Origin: Lobosporangium transversale
Taxonomy: Eukaryota
Assembly: GCF_002105155.1 (NCBI RefSeq)
Contig: NW_019028989.1
Coordinates: forward strand, 1 to 64,000
Length of the DNA stretch: 64,000 bases
Direction of reading: 5' to 3'
Shown here one piece after another: positions 24,062 through 36,790 of this stretch (position 1 is its first letter; the number at the start of each line of letters is the position of its first letter). Under the pieces are notes generated by a model. The model was not told where the DNA came from, made no database searches, and saw only the letters and a program-made list of their open reading frames with translations. A program made the translations under genes and the position numbers.

Positions 24062-25996
24062 ATGGGTGCTCATTGGAAGCGTGAAAAGGTACAGGACCAC
24101 AAGTTCGACTTTATCAATGTGGAGGACTTTGTGGACAACTCGTGCTGGCGTCAGTTCCAATACATGCTCGTTTTTGCGGCCATCATGCGAGGTATCCTCG
24201 TGTACTGTTCTGATATCTTTACAGCCGCAAACTTGCTCACAAACTCGAACCCAAACTCTTTTTTCGGCAAAGATGGAGAGCTTGGGTTGATTGAGGGCTT
24301 TACATTACCCTACGATGCGTACAAGTATCTGTTCACAGCCTGCATTGTGCTGTCTTTCTTGTTGCTGGCACTAGAGATCCGGAGAGCTCGGGCAATTATT
24401 TATTCACGGGATATCTCCTATGCTTTCACGTCTCAGATTGCGAGCCGATATTACACAGTTCGCTCGTACCCACATTATTGTCTCTTTGCACAGATTAATA
24501 ATTCGAAAAAGACTGTAGACGAAGTTGCTTTCTTTTGCTTCTTCACCTTCCGAAGTAAGACTCTTCTGTATTTGTATTTGCATTTGCGTTCGTTATCTCG
24601 CTAATAAAGAAAAAAAAAAAAAAAAAAAAAAAAAGTTCTCCGAAGAAACCTTTGGTACTAACCCACGTATTTCACATAAACGGTTTGTCTTTAGACTGGA
24701 AACGTCTTATTTTGGCAGATGCGCCACGTCAGCTGATCAACGCGTCTATTCTGTATCAAATCTTTCAAAACCATGCAAAATCTTTTGAAGATTTCTTCGA
24801 CTGGAGCCACATGGGTAAAAATGACGATGCAACCACTTTCAAAAAGATATCCGTTGGTGCTATGATCTTCACGGTCACCATGTTTGCTATATCGCTGATC
24901 AAGCTTATCGCAGCTATTGTCCTCTACATCCCGCTTGTGAACCATATCCGCGGCAACCTCAAAGAATTTTGTTGCCATAAGATCGATAAACGGTAGGGTA
25001 ATATCAACAATAACATTTTTTTGTAAAGGATGCTTTGATTGTTTCATGTTAGATTAGATACATAATACTTCTACTTATCTGTCTATTTTATTATATATAT
25101 TTTTATGAAAAAGCATTGACGAATTGATTCAGAAGAATACAAAAAACAGAGCCATGAATGCTCAGACGAAGAACGGAAAGAACAGCAAGGATATTGCCAT
25201 GGACAATCTGCAGCAGCCAACTCTTCCTCAACTAGATCTACTGGAACCTCCTCCACCACCTTCTGCAACAACACCCAAGAACGTATATACTATGCCACGT
25301 AGTGGCACCATTAACTATAGTAGTAGCAATAGTCCCCATCAGCAACAGCGGCATCAAGAGTATGGATATAACGCTCAGTATGATAATGGCTATAGTAACA
25401 TCAACGTGAGTCCACAGCAGCCGGGATATACCGCCAACTACACATCTGAGGACTATTTCCAGGCCAAGCCCCCTACCAGAGCCACGACCTTTGACCCGTA
25501 CGCAGAGTCTGCATTCACAAGTGAAGCTTTTTATGATGCATACAGTAACAAGCAGGATGAACAAAAACTACAGCAAAAGTCTGGCCGTGACAATTACAAC
25601 AGCAAGGGCAACAGTAATATTAATGGTTATTCACGAATAAGGCATCATGATGACTATAATATGCATCATCGAGCTGCATCACCACCATCTCAACACGGCT
25701 CAGACCTGGATAGCAGCCATAACAGTAATAGCGGGCATATCTATGTTAATAATGGTAATGGCAACTACCATGGAAACAATGGCTACAACAGTAACAGCAA
25801 TAATGGCTACAACAGTAACAGCAATAATGGCTACAATGGCAGTCGTCAACAAGCTTATGGAAGTGATTATTATACAGCAAATGGCCAGAATGCGTCCAAT
25901 ACCATGTATTCGTCTCAAATGTCGCCACAATCTCCTCAACGTCCCCGGCGACAAGACACGGCGCTTTCACGTAACCGAAGCAATGGAGGATACTAA
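24062..25996 (+). CDS. Kch-family fungal potassium transporter (Kch1/Prm6-like) with N/Y/S-rich tail
   Basis: Exons 24062-24554, 24695-24992 and 25114-25996. Motifs: HKFDFINVEDF, VYCSDIFTAANLL, SRDISYAFT, WKRLILADAPRQLINA, GNLKEFCCHKIDKRI. Confidence 0.85.
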
Positions 25997-26431
25997 CCAG
26001 TCTAAAGCAGCTTGCTGCGTGTTCTTTTCTACTCGAGATTATATTTACTTTCTATCTTAATATGACTACTTATAGCACTAATAATGAACATACAATTGCT
26101 ACAATCTGTACTTTATACTGTTGTGCTCTGTGGGCTGCCATGATTGACCAGCTCAAAGATGGAATCAATGAAAGAAAAGGGGGATGTGTTCTTGACTAAA
26201 AAAAAAACGTGGCTATCTCTGACTGGGCGCCCATACACATACATGTATCTCCAATTTGAAAAACCTTTACAAATACCAAATATTTGTTCAAGACTCTTTT
26301 TTTTCCCTCTTTAATGAGTATGGATAATTTACCAGGCTTCCTTGATGGCTACAGATGTATGAAATGCGTAAAATGCATTGTCAGTCAGATCACAGTTGGA
26401 TCCTCCATGGGATATGCTTATTGGCTAGAAA

Positions 26432-26968
26432 GGCGACTGTTCGATGCTTGTTGGTTTTCCAAACCCCCTTTGATTTAACCGTATTTAGCGGAATTAGTCA
26501 GCATCCCCTGAGTAGCTGCCATCCAGAGGGATTACTTAGAATCGACAGGATTCACTATGTTGTTCAAAACAATACAACTTTACTGAAAGTCTGCTAATCC
26601 TCAAACCGTAAGGCAAATAAAGCCTCTGAACGCTTTAATAGGATTGTGAGGTGCTTTTGGGGCGCAGAAAAGACAGTATTGTCTCTTTTGAGCAACAGGA
26701 TTTGTTCCTTGGGGGCAGACTTTTTGAAGCCACGCTTGTTGCTTGTAAAAACACAAATGGTTCCCGTTTTCCGCATACTTTCAGCCCTTCCACAATCCAA
26801 GGGCTGTGATGTAGCCATTAAATGTTACATGTTTGTCGAAGCATTGACATATCCCTTGCAAAAGCTCTGGTGTTGCTAAGAGTATTGTTTAAGGGACGTA
26901 GAGTAGTCAATAACATGTGGTAGTGTTCAGGTGTTTATACAGTATCATATGGAGTCCGAACAGTCGCC
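26432..26968. mobile_element. Non-autonomous TIR element (MITE-like, PIF/Tourist-like ends), copy 1, 537 bp
   Basis: Perfect 12-bp TIR GGCGACTGTTCG (26432-26443) / CGAACAGTCGCC (26957-26968). No coding capacity. A second copy lies at 31917-32324. Confidence 0.8.
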
Positions 26969-27269
26969 ATATTCGGATGAATTGCAATTAAAGTGAATAT
27001 TTGGCACTTACATGAATAGGTAAGATGAAAATAAAGTGAACACATGGAATAATATAGAGGAGTTGTAATAAAGCGCTTTATATCTAATAGCTTGCAAAGA
27101 GTATATCTGTATGAGCGCTGTTTCTGAGGAATATGTACGCCTTGTTGAGGCTCAGTGGAGGTTCATGCAAGAGGAATGACCAGCTATAAAGAAAGCCAAG
27201 TTTCATCGCACAGAGATGAAAGAGATATCTGACGTAACACACGTCAAGTCAATGGTGCTTGACCGTCTA

Positions 27270-27870
27270 GGATTCATCCCTAATGCCGATGGCCATTATG
27301 AAGTCGAAGCTACCTTGAGTCATGAAACTTCTGAGGGGGGAGAGACACTGTACACAGTTAAGTGGAAAGGATATGACGATGAGCACAACTCGCAACTTAG
27401 GTACGAAGACTTTGACTCCAAAGCAATGATCAATAAGTACTATAAAAAGCTTAATCAGCAAAACCCTCATATGATTGCCAAAATGGCTAAGAGGAAGCAA
27501 CCCGCAACAGTTGTAGAGTCAAGGGTTCAGAAAAGACATAAGAACAGAAAGTAGAAGCAAAAACGAATGTAGCTTCACTGAGGTTTTTGTACGCATATCT
27601 TAACAAGCATGAACGTTTTCCTCACTATCAAATCAAACTTAAGGTTTATCCTTTTTTATGGTCGCATCTAAAAAGAAATGCAGACGCTGAAGGTTTTATT
27701 TATTTTCCTTCAAAGAATTGATTTATTTATTTAATCAAACAAGAAGGTTTTTAGACTTTTCCTTCGATACTAATTATCCTAATAGGAAGGTTTTATATAT
27801 TTTCCTTCCAAGCTTTATAAGCACTCGCTCTTACCTGGACGCTCGTCTGGGGGAGTTATGTTGCGATTAG
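27270..27870 (+). mobile_element. 3' remnant of Ty3/Gypsy chromovirus: chromodomain, PPT and start of 3' LTR
   Basis: YEVEATLSH...LYTVKWKGYDDEHNSQLRYEDFDSKAMINKYYK ends at the stop at 27554. GGGGGAG-TTA followed by TGTTGCG at 27849-27865. Confidence 0.75.
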
Positions 27871-28554
27871 CAGTCATTTATATGGGTTTTTACTATAGCT
27901 AAGATTTTTACCCAGGATCATAATAAACACATCTTTCTTTCGTTCTCGTTACTTATTATGATCCTGGCATATTTCACCAAGAAAGCACTGATACAAAAAA
28001 TTATTATTCGCGTTTGAACACTTACAATATCAGTAACAGCTTCTTGTTCTTGAAATGAGGGAGTATTAGACATGTTCATAGTGGGATGAATGTAAGGTGA
28101 AGAATGGGTGTGCATACTTTCGATTGTGTGGTGAAAACAAGAGTGTTTGATGTTTATAATTCGTCACATCAAGAAAAAATATTTTCTCACACACAGCACA
28201 GCCCAACTTTGAACAAATTTATCAATTGTCGCTCTTTCTTTAACTTGCTTCACTTCCTCTTCCTTTATCCTTTCACTTTTTTCTTATTTCCCTCCGGTTT
28301 TGCTCCCGTCAAGTTTGCTCTCCTTCCTTTTTCATTTTGTCCAAGCCTTCATTCATTGCCATTTTTTTTTCCTTTTTTTTTTTTTTTTTTTTTTTTTTCT
28401 TTTCCTCCCTCATCTTCATCTCCACAGCTTACATTGTCACAATTTTGAATCATCCTGCTACTGACTTAACATACTTAACATTTTTATCAAACTTTTCCTG
28501 TTTTCTGTCCTCCGTCCATTTACGCCCTTGTTTTTAAACAGTTTTGAAATCGCA

Positions 28555-31400
28555 ATGGGAAGCGGAACAACAACACCAAATGGTCCATCTAGACGTGGTT
28601 CGATTGAAAGAGAAAGAAAGAATGAGAAAATGCCAACCAAACTGAGGATTTATTGCATTGTTGAGGGAGAAGCAACATCTTTTCCTGTCAGGATTTTCCC
28701 CGATTGTTCAGTTGGTGAACTCAAGCAAGCCATCAAGGCAGCGAAGAAGCCAGAACTCGATCATGTTGCCGCAGACAAGCTCACGCTTTGGAGAGCAGTC
28801 AACCCCAAGAGAGACAGGGACGATAAAGTAGATTTTGATGGCACCGTTGACAAGACAGAGCTCGATGACGAGATGGCACTTCTTTCTGAGCTGGACGAGC
28901 TGACCAGCCGAAGGACATATGTTATTGTCAAGCCGCCGCCGCCAGGTATGTATTTAGCTCTTGATGGACTGATGGCTGTTGATATTTTTAATCGACGAAG
29001 CTTATTGTCATTCATGACGTCATTGATTTGACTTGATGTAGTTCAAAACAGCTCTTTATGTTTGAGATGTATCATGGCTAAACTATCTAACCAGGGGCGG
29101 CTTTGGATTTCTTTATAAAAAGAATTTGAAAAGTCGCCCCATGGTTCGTGCGTATACTCTGACTCTCACTGTCCTCTCGCGAGTCTTTTTACTTGAGCTT
29201 ATTTCGGCTCCCCACCGCCCTATCGCATACAAGTACTTTTATCAAGGCCTCCTATCTAACTATCCTCTTGTTGTTTTTTGCGTGGATTTTAAACAGCCCC
29301 AAGAAGTCCAAAAAGGAACCTAGAAGACACAGAAGACGGAGGTTTAGAAGGTGAGTTCATCCCACTCATAGTTTTGATGATTCTTGAGAAAGTTTGTTTA
29401 TTTCATACTCACGTCAGTCTCGCTATTCCTATATGCTCAAAGAGCACCTTGCAAAGCGCTGTCGTTCCTTGAAGCGATATATTGCAGCCGATGGCAAACC
29501 CGTAGTTTTACCCCTCCATATACTGGATTTGATCGAAAATAACAAGTACGCACCAGAACCCCGCGCCGAGTTCCAATCGCTTTTGACGGTGAAGGCTGGA
29601 GATCGAATTACTTCAATGGATCTTGGTCAGAGCCCAAAATTCTTTGCGAGAGGCTATCAAGGTCGCGAGTTTTTTGTGACCGAACAGATGATGGACCAAT
29701 GGAATAGATTCGAAAATGACAGTGTGGCGTCTGTCAAGAAATGTTTATCGGGTCCAATGGGCGTCGGCAAATCATACATTTCATGGTTCCTTGCGGCCAA
29801 GGCATACGCACATGGTTGGCCAGTGCTTTATATTGCCGATGCTAGTAAACTTAACAACTGTGACACTAAAACTGCCGCAGCAAAGCTAATCTGTCAACTC
29901 TTCTTATCCATCAACAAAGATATTTTGACAGCCTCAGAGCTCAAGGAAATGGTCGCAGATGAAACATCGGAGTATCCTTATGGGAATAGCGCCAGCTGTA
30001 TCTTGAGTACCCTACTCCAGTTAAAAAGTCAAAAAACATTATTTGTCGTGGATGAGCATGGTGCGCTATTTCCAGAAGAAGGTAAGTCTGCGCCCGCAAG
30101 GTTCCCAGTTTTATGGCCTCTAAAGACTTTCAACTGTTGGAACAATTCAAATAACGCGAGAGCAGTGTTCGCCAGCACGGCGAATTTTGAGAGGTGTATT
30201 CTCACAGACGCACCGGAATATGTTGAGTATGTTGGTCCAATGTCGCCTGATATTTTCAATAAGCTACTGGATGTGATCATAAATAAGGTCCACCCAACAG
30301 CCCGCCAACATTTGAATGAGCTACGATGTGAGATTCAAAGAGCCACCGGATGTGTGCCACGGGAGCTTAATAATTTTTTTGACAAAGACCGTGGAGATAT
30401 TGAGCTCACAGCTAATGGGATCAAGCAACGACTAAAGGGTTATGAGAAGGATCGCAAAAATCAATTCTTCGAGACCTTGAAGAGCTATTACGGCAAAGTT
30501 GAACCGATATTCAAAACAGATGTCCGTCGAGCTCTAGCCGATGTGTTTCTGCAAAACAAGGATCATGCAGGAGCAACACTTGGTTGGAGATTCTACGATA
30601 TTGGAATAATATATCAGTATAAGAACGCGGAAAGGGATTTGATTTTGCAGCAGCCAATTACACCAGCATCTGAGGCGGCACTTTTGGACCTATACAGGCT
30701 ATGCCCACTCCCCAACGACTACATAAACGCCATAAGGAAGGGTACCTTGAGTCCTGACCAATTTTCCGATGCTATCTTCCAGAAGCTTATCAAGGAAAAA
30801 AACATAAAGTTCAACACGACAAATCTCGCTGGGAAGGAGGGACACGTTTTAGAGCTGAGAGTCGATGGCTTTGAACATCTTCAAGATCCACCCAAAAGAT
30901 TTGAGGACGAGGGCAAGAATATCTTGATAAATGGAGGCGAACTACCTCGATTCGATTTTATACTTGGCTACACTTTTATTCAGGTTTCGATCAGTGATTT
31001 TCAAAAACACAACGAGGGCTCTGCAAACATTGATTTGGCATTTACAGATCGGAGATATTCTGAAGGCAGAAATCAAATCGAGTATTTCCTAGACTACACA
31101 TACGGCGGAACTCACAGAGCAGTAATGGAAACAACAAAGCTGACCAAAAAGACCCAAGGTAAGAATGCTGGCGAAGAAAAATCAGAAACCAGGTATAAAA
31201 GAGACTTCAAAGTAACGAGAGATGGTGTGCTGTGTCCGGACTTTAAGATTTTGTATATTCGCAGGAAAAATGACCTTGATGACAAAGGCAACGAAGTACA
31301 TAGACCGCCCAATGACATCGGTAAAGTCCAGGAGTATCCCCAGATAAGACATGTTTGTTGGGACGAAGTTAAAAAGAGCTTGTTCGGTGATTTACTTTAA
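28555..31400 (+). CDS. Crinkler (CRN)-type protein: Ubl header + NTPase + REase-like domain, apparently intact
   Basis: Exons 28555(or 28630)-28945, 29297-29350 and 29443-31400 join in frame. Header LRIYCIVEGEATSFPV...SVGELKQAIK...AADKLTLWR...YVIVKPP. Walker A SGPMGVGKS; Walker B FVVDEHGALF. C-terminal PRFDFILGYTFIQVSISDF. Confidence 0.9.
29094..29152. repeat. Small hairpin element copy 1 (in CRN intron 1)
   Basis: GGGGCGGCTTT...AAAGTCGCCCC stem followed by ATGGTTCGTGCG; direct repeat of 31823-31887. Confidence 0.85.
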
Positions 31401-31822
31401 TTCCAATAAAATTTTTTAGACAAATCCTTTTTAAAAAGATGTCATATTGCAGGCATATTTTGTATATATTGATGGAGTTACCTGATCCTTAGGATGATTG
31501 CAAATAGCCAAAGGCCTTCAGCACTCATACCTTGGAGAGCCCGACCGCATATTACATTTGCGATAATTATTTCTCTGCCCAGGTTCATGTACATACTTGA
31601 GGAAGCAATGTTCGAGTACCGGGAGGAATCTCTCATATTACTCTGTGATGCACTATGCAGTAGGTTGAGACTCCACTCAATAGAAATTGTATTCACAAAG
31701 AGACCATCAACAACCTTATTGCCACTGTTGATCCACTCAAGTCCCCAGTCATTACCTTGTTTCGCCTTTATTTTATTGTTCTTCAAGATGAAGGGCCACA
31801 CTTCTTGGTGGAATGTTTAGGC

Positions 31823-31887
31823 GGGGGCGACTTTGGATTTCTTCTTTATAAAAAAGAATTTGAAAAGTCGCCCCCATGGTCCGTGCG
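31823..31887. repeat. Small hairpin element copy 2 (downstream of CRN)
   Basis: Perfect 12-bp stem GGGGGCGACTTT...AAAGTCGCCCCC followed by ATGGTCCGTGCG. Confidence 0.85.
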
Positions 31888-31916
31888 CGCCGTACAGATC
31901 CTCGCTCACTTGTTAA

Positions 31917-32324
31917 GGCGACTGTTCGATGCTTGTTGGTTTTCCAAATCTGCTTTGATTTCACCATAATTTAGCGGAATTGATTAGCATCCCCTGAATA
32001 GCTGCCATCCAAAGGGACTAACTTCGAATGGACAGGATTTACTGTGTTGTTCCAAACAATAAAACTTGACTGAAAGTCTACTAATCCTCAAACTATGAGG
32101 CAAATAATGCCTCTGAACGCTTCAATAGGATTATGGCGAGCTTTTGGGGTGCTTCCACAATCCAAGGACTGTGATGTAGCCATTAAATGTTACATGTTTG
32201 TCGAAGCATTGACATATCCCTTGCAAAAGCTCTGGTGTTGCTAAGAGTATTGTTTAAGGGACGTAGAGTAGCCAATGATATGTGGCAGTGTTCAGGTGTA
32301 TCAAATGGAGTCCGAACAGTGGCC
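31917..32324. mobile_element. Non-autonomous TIR element copy 2, 408 bp, internally deleted
   Basis: GGCGACTGTTCG ... CGAACAGTGGCC. Colinear with 26432-26968 in the same orientation, lacking ~125 bp near 32150. Preceded by TAA. Confidence 0.8.
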
Positions 32325-32579
32325 AAACAAACAATTAGATTTATTTTTTTGAGCCCTGTGTCCTTGCCTTGATTCTTTCTTTTCTCTGCACCGATCCTCC
32401 TTCCATTCTTTGTCTGCTTTCCCTCTTCCTCTTCACTCGTCCTCTCCTTCTCCCTCTTCTTTCTTCAGCCCTCCTGCTCGTTTTTGCTTACTGTGGAATC
32501 CTTGAGCGATAGGATTGCTATCAGACTCAAGCCTCTTTCATCTACACATTGGCTTTCTTTGGTTTTTGTCCAGCTAACC

Positions 32580-34141
32580 ATGTCATGGATGTTCATCTTG
32601 TCAAGTGTCGCTATAGGCGGCATTCTTTTTGTAAGTTTCGATGAATGCATGAAACAACGACTTGCTAGAATGGCAAACTATGCGAATGCAAGGACGTATG
32701 GATGTTGGAAGTACATGCTAGTTTTTTTTTTTTTTTTTTTTTTTTTTTCATCTGTTGTTTTGTTTTCATCTGTTTTTTTTGTCAGAATAAAAGACTTATT
32801 ATTTTTTTTATTCAATTGGAATCGCAATAGGCTTTCTCGATACTTTATTTGATGAGCCCTAACCCACGTACTGCAACCGAATCTGAAAAGTGCTATCAAG
32901 ACTACGATCATCTCTCTGCATTAATGAAAGAAGAAGAAGATTATCAACGGAAAGTCAAAGAAAGATCAGCAGCATCAGCGTCAATATCAACAACTGTCAA
33001 GAAGTCAAAAATGAAAATTGCTGGAGGTGCTACACGGTCTGAAAAGTACAGGACCTCATTGCCTCGATTGACACGTACGGACGAAGGAACTGCGACAAAA
33101 ACCCTTTCACTCGTCGTACCTGCCTACAATGAAACAGAACGTTTACCCATCATGATGAAAGAAACTCTCCATTTCTTGAACGCGCGAGCTCAAAAGGATC
33201 TCTCGTTTACATTTGAAATCTTAATTGTCGATGATGGATCTCAGGATCAGACCGTAAAAGCTGCACTTGAAATAGCGCAACAGGAACAGAATAAGGACAT
33301 TCGGGTGTTGAGTTTTGAGAAGAACCGAGGCAAAGGAGGGGCTGTCATTCAGGTAAACGGAGAGAATCCATACTCTTTTATTTAGGCTCCTCTGTACTTT
33401 TTTTTTTTTTTTTTTTTTGACAGTGATCCGATTGGAAAAGTAATAAGCATTTAGGATAGCTAGGATCCTCTAATGACCACTATTTTTTCATATTGTAGGG
33501 TATGCAATACACACGTGGAGAATACATTTTGATGGTAGATGCAGATGGCGCAACTCGATTTTCAGACTTGGAGAAGCTGGAAGCTAAATTGAAGGAAGTC
33601 GAGCGTAATGGACTCGGTATCGCTGTGGGATCCAGAGCCCATTTGGTCCAAACAGACGCTGTTGTTAAGGTATATCTCTCTCCTCCCTTTTGTCCTTAAT
33701 GAATCACTATTGTCATATTATTGAGCCGTCCAGCCAATCTTTGAGAGGGTATTAAGCATCCTTCATCCTTTTTAACATTATTAGCGTTCGTTTATCCGCA
33801 ACTTTTTGATGCACTCATTTCACAAAGTCGTTTATGTGCTCGGTATTCGTGGAATTGATGACACACAGTGTGGATTCAAATTGTTTACACGCAAGGCAGC
33901 GAACGCGATTTTTCGAAACATGCACGTGGAGGGTTGGATCTTTGATATTGAAGTTTTAATGATTGCGCAATACCTTCGAATTCCAATCGTGGAGGTCCCC
34001 GTTGCTTGGCAGGAAATTGATGGATCCAAGGTCTCACTCATGCGCGACTCTATTCAGATGGCAGTGGATCTCTTGATTATCCGGATGAGCTACATTCTAG
34101 GCGTCTGGGCTGTGAAACCCCTGTCCCCCACCAAAGATTAG
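32580..34141 (+). CDS. ALG5: Dolichyl-phosphate beta-glucosyltransferase
   Basis: Exons 32580-32630, 32831-33352, 33499-33669 and 33785-34141. Motifs: [64 protein letters not shown]. Confidence 0.95.
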
Positions 34142-34551
34142 AGGTCTATACCCACATCAGTACCAACAGCAGAATCCAATTGAGATTGAAATATAAGAGG
34201 CTGTGTCAGGAACATGGCTCTATTCATTCTTCCATAGTACATTTTCAGCCACAAGAGCAAAACGACATGTCAGTGGATCATTTGAGAGTGAAGCTGTCGG
34301 TCAAAATAGCCCGGCAAGTTCAAAAAAAAAAAAAAAAAAAAAAAAGTGCAATACAAAATTAAACAAATATGAATAACTAAAGTTGTTGGTTAATGATGAA
34401 TCTATGGAGAAGTTTTAATGAGAACAAGGAAAAAAAATGTCAAGGTGAAAAGAAAAATGGGCAACCCCTATACTGCCACGGCTATTATATAACACCAACT
34501 ACTACTCAATAATGCTGCTTCTTGATGCTTTGCTATGAATCATCTTTTGAT

Positions 34552-35130
34552 TCAAGCGCCGATCTTTTTGCTAAGTTGACGCTTGACAACACGAGCAATG
34601 ACATCAGTGTCAGGGAATGCAAAGGCCTCCAAGTTCTGGGCGTATGGGGTTGGAACATCTGCACCGGTGACGCGAACAACAGGAGCATCCAAGTGGTCAA
34701 AAGCTTCGCTTTCCATGATCTGAGCACAGATTTCTGATCCAACACCATATTGAGGCCAACCGCCCTCGACAGTAACCAGACGGTTGGTCTTCTTGACTGA
34801 CTTGATAATGGTGTCAATGTCAAGTGGGCGAATGGAACGTAAATTGATCACTTCAGCCTTGCAGACGCCTTCCTTCTCCAAGGCATGAGCTGCCTCAAGT
34901 GCGAATCCAACTGCACGAGAGTGTGCAACAATAGTAATGTCGGATCCCTCCTTCTCAATCTTGGCCTTGCCAATCTCTAACACAAAGTCATTGGACAAAG
35001 CAGCCTCGGACATGGGGAATGATACACCATACATGAGTTCGTTTTCCAAGACTACAACGGGGTTAGGGTCACGAATAGCAGCCTACAAGTTAAGAGTAAG
35101 ATTTATCATTTAGTATATATTTAAAAAATG

Positions 35131-35161
<31 letters not shown>

Positions 35162-36383
35162 AAAAAGAGAAAAAGTTCATCTGATTGAAGATATATTCAC
35201 CTTCAACAAACCCTTGGCATCCTCCGAGTTCCAGGGCGAGACGACCTTGAGACCAGGGACAGATCCGTACCAGGCAGCAAAGCACTGTGAATGCTGAGCA
35301 GCAACGCCAGCAGCAGCACCGTTGGGGCCACGGAAGGTGATAGGACAAGTAACATTACCAGCAGACATGTAATGGGTCTTGGCAGCAGAGTTGACAATCT
35401 GATCAATAGCCTGCATAGCAAAGTTCCAAGTCATGAATTCGCAAACGGGTTTCAATCCAGCAAATGCAGATCCGACAGCGAGACCACAGAATCCGGACTC
35501 TGTGATAGGGGTGTCAACGACACGCTTAGGCCCAAACTTGTCCAACAGACCTTTTGAGACCTAACAAGCGGAACAGTCATTGGCATGGTTAAAGAAGGTT
35601 ATTTAGGAAACATGAATCGAAGGAGTTAAAATTGATGATCTGCGTTTGTACAGCTGACTGTTGCACAACTTTGAAATCTTTTGGGGTATTTTTTTTTTTT
35701 GCCCGCACTTTTTGCAGGATTCCATTTGGACGTTTGTTTAATTCACTGTTCAGTTATAATCCAGCTCATTCCGCCGAGAATAATAATAATAATAATAATA
35801 AAAAGTTGTATCTCTCCTTCATTTGCAAAATTATCATTTCACCGCTTTCTTTATAAATTGACTTTTTTTTTTTTTTTTTTTTTTTTACCTTGTATGCTCC
35901 GTTGTATTGACCGACTTCCTCTCCCATCAGGTAGACCCTCTCATCCGCAATCATCTCTTCTTCCAAAGCAGAGTTCAGAGCATCACGGACAGTCATCTAT
36001 GAACCAGATACATATAATAACAATGACAAAAGAATAAAGGGTTAGCTTATTTTCAATCATCTTTAGATCTTTAAATACTAGATATTGATGATATATATTT
36101 TTTTATCATGAACCAATGATCATTCTATCCAAGTGGTTGTCAGTCATTGACTCCAGTTCCAAACGCGCCCTTTTTTTTTTTTTTTTTTTTTTTTTTGTAA
36201 ATAAATAAAAATAATAATAAAAGGCAAAAGCGAAGATGGTTCATATTCTATTGCAGGGTTGACGTGTTAATTGCGTTTTTTGAGTTGGAGTAGCACACAG
36301 AAAGGGACTATATAAAACCTGATAAGTAAGCTAAGTCGGGTTTGCTATGCTGTATCCTTGACGTCAAGTTGAATAATGAAAAA

Positions 36384-36417
<34 letters not shown>

Positions 36418-36790
36418 GTATTATCGTCCAGAGTCCAACTATTTCCTCACGCTCAATCTCTCTAGCTATCTCTCTCCTTTTCCACGTCTTTTCTCAATGG
36501 TGTGTGTTGTTTGTATTCGAGTTGATACGTGTGAAGTTCATGTGTAGTATGAATCCAGCCTTGATCCATGCCATGTGATGTATGCCTTTTCATATATAGA
36601 AATATATATATATATGAAGGATAAAAAGAAGAAAGGAGAAAGGTCCCTATAATTGTACCTCTACACCACCCTTGGAGTTGTAGGAACGCTTTGCGAGGAG
36701 AGCATTGGCAACAACTGGGTTGGAGCGGAGTAATGCCTGACGGACAGTGGGGATGGAGACCACAGCAGCTTTCTTGAGCATAGAGGACAT
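34552..36790 (-). CDS. PDB1: Pyruvate dehydrogenase E1 beta subunit, mitochondrial
   Basis: Exons ~36790-36659, 35996-35889, 35560-35201 and 35082-34552. Arg/Ala-rich presequence. Motifs: [62 protein letters not shown]. Confidence 0.97.
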
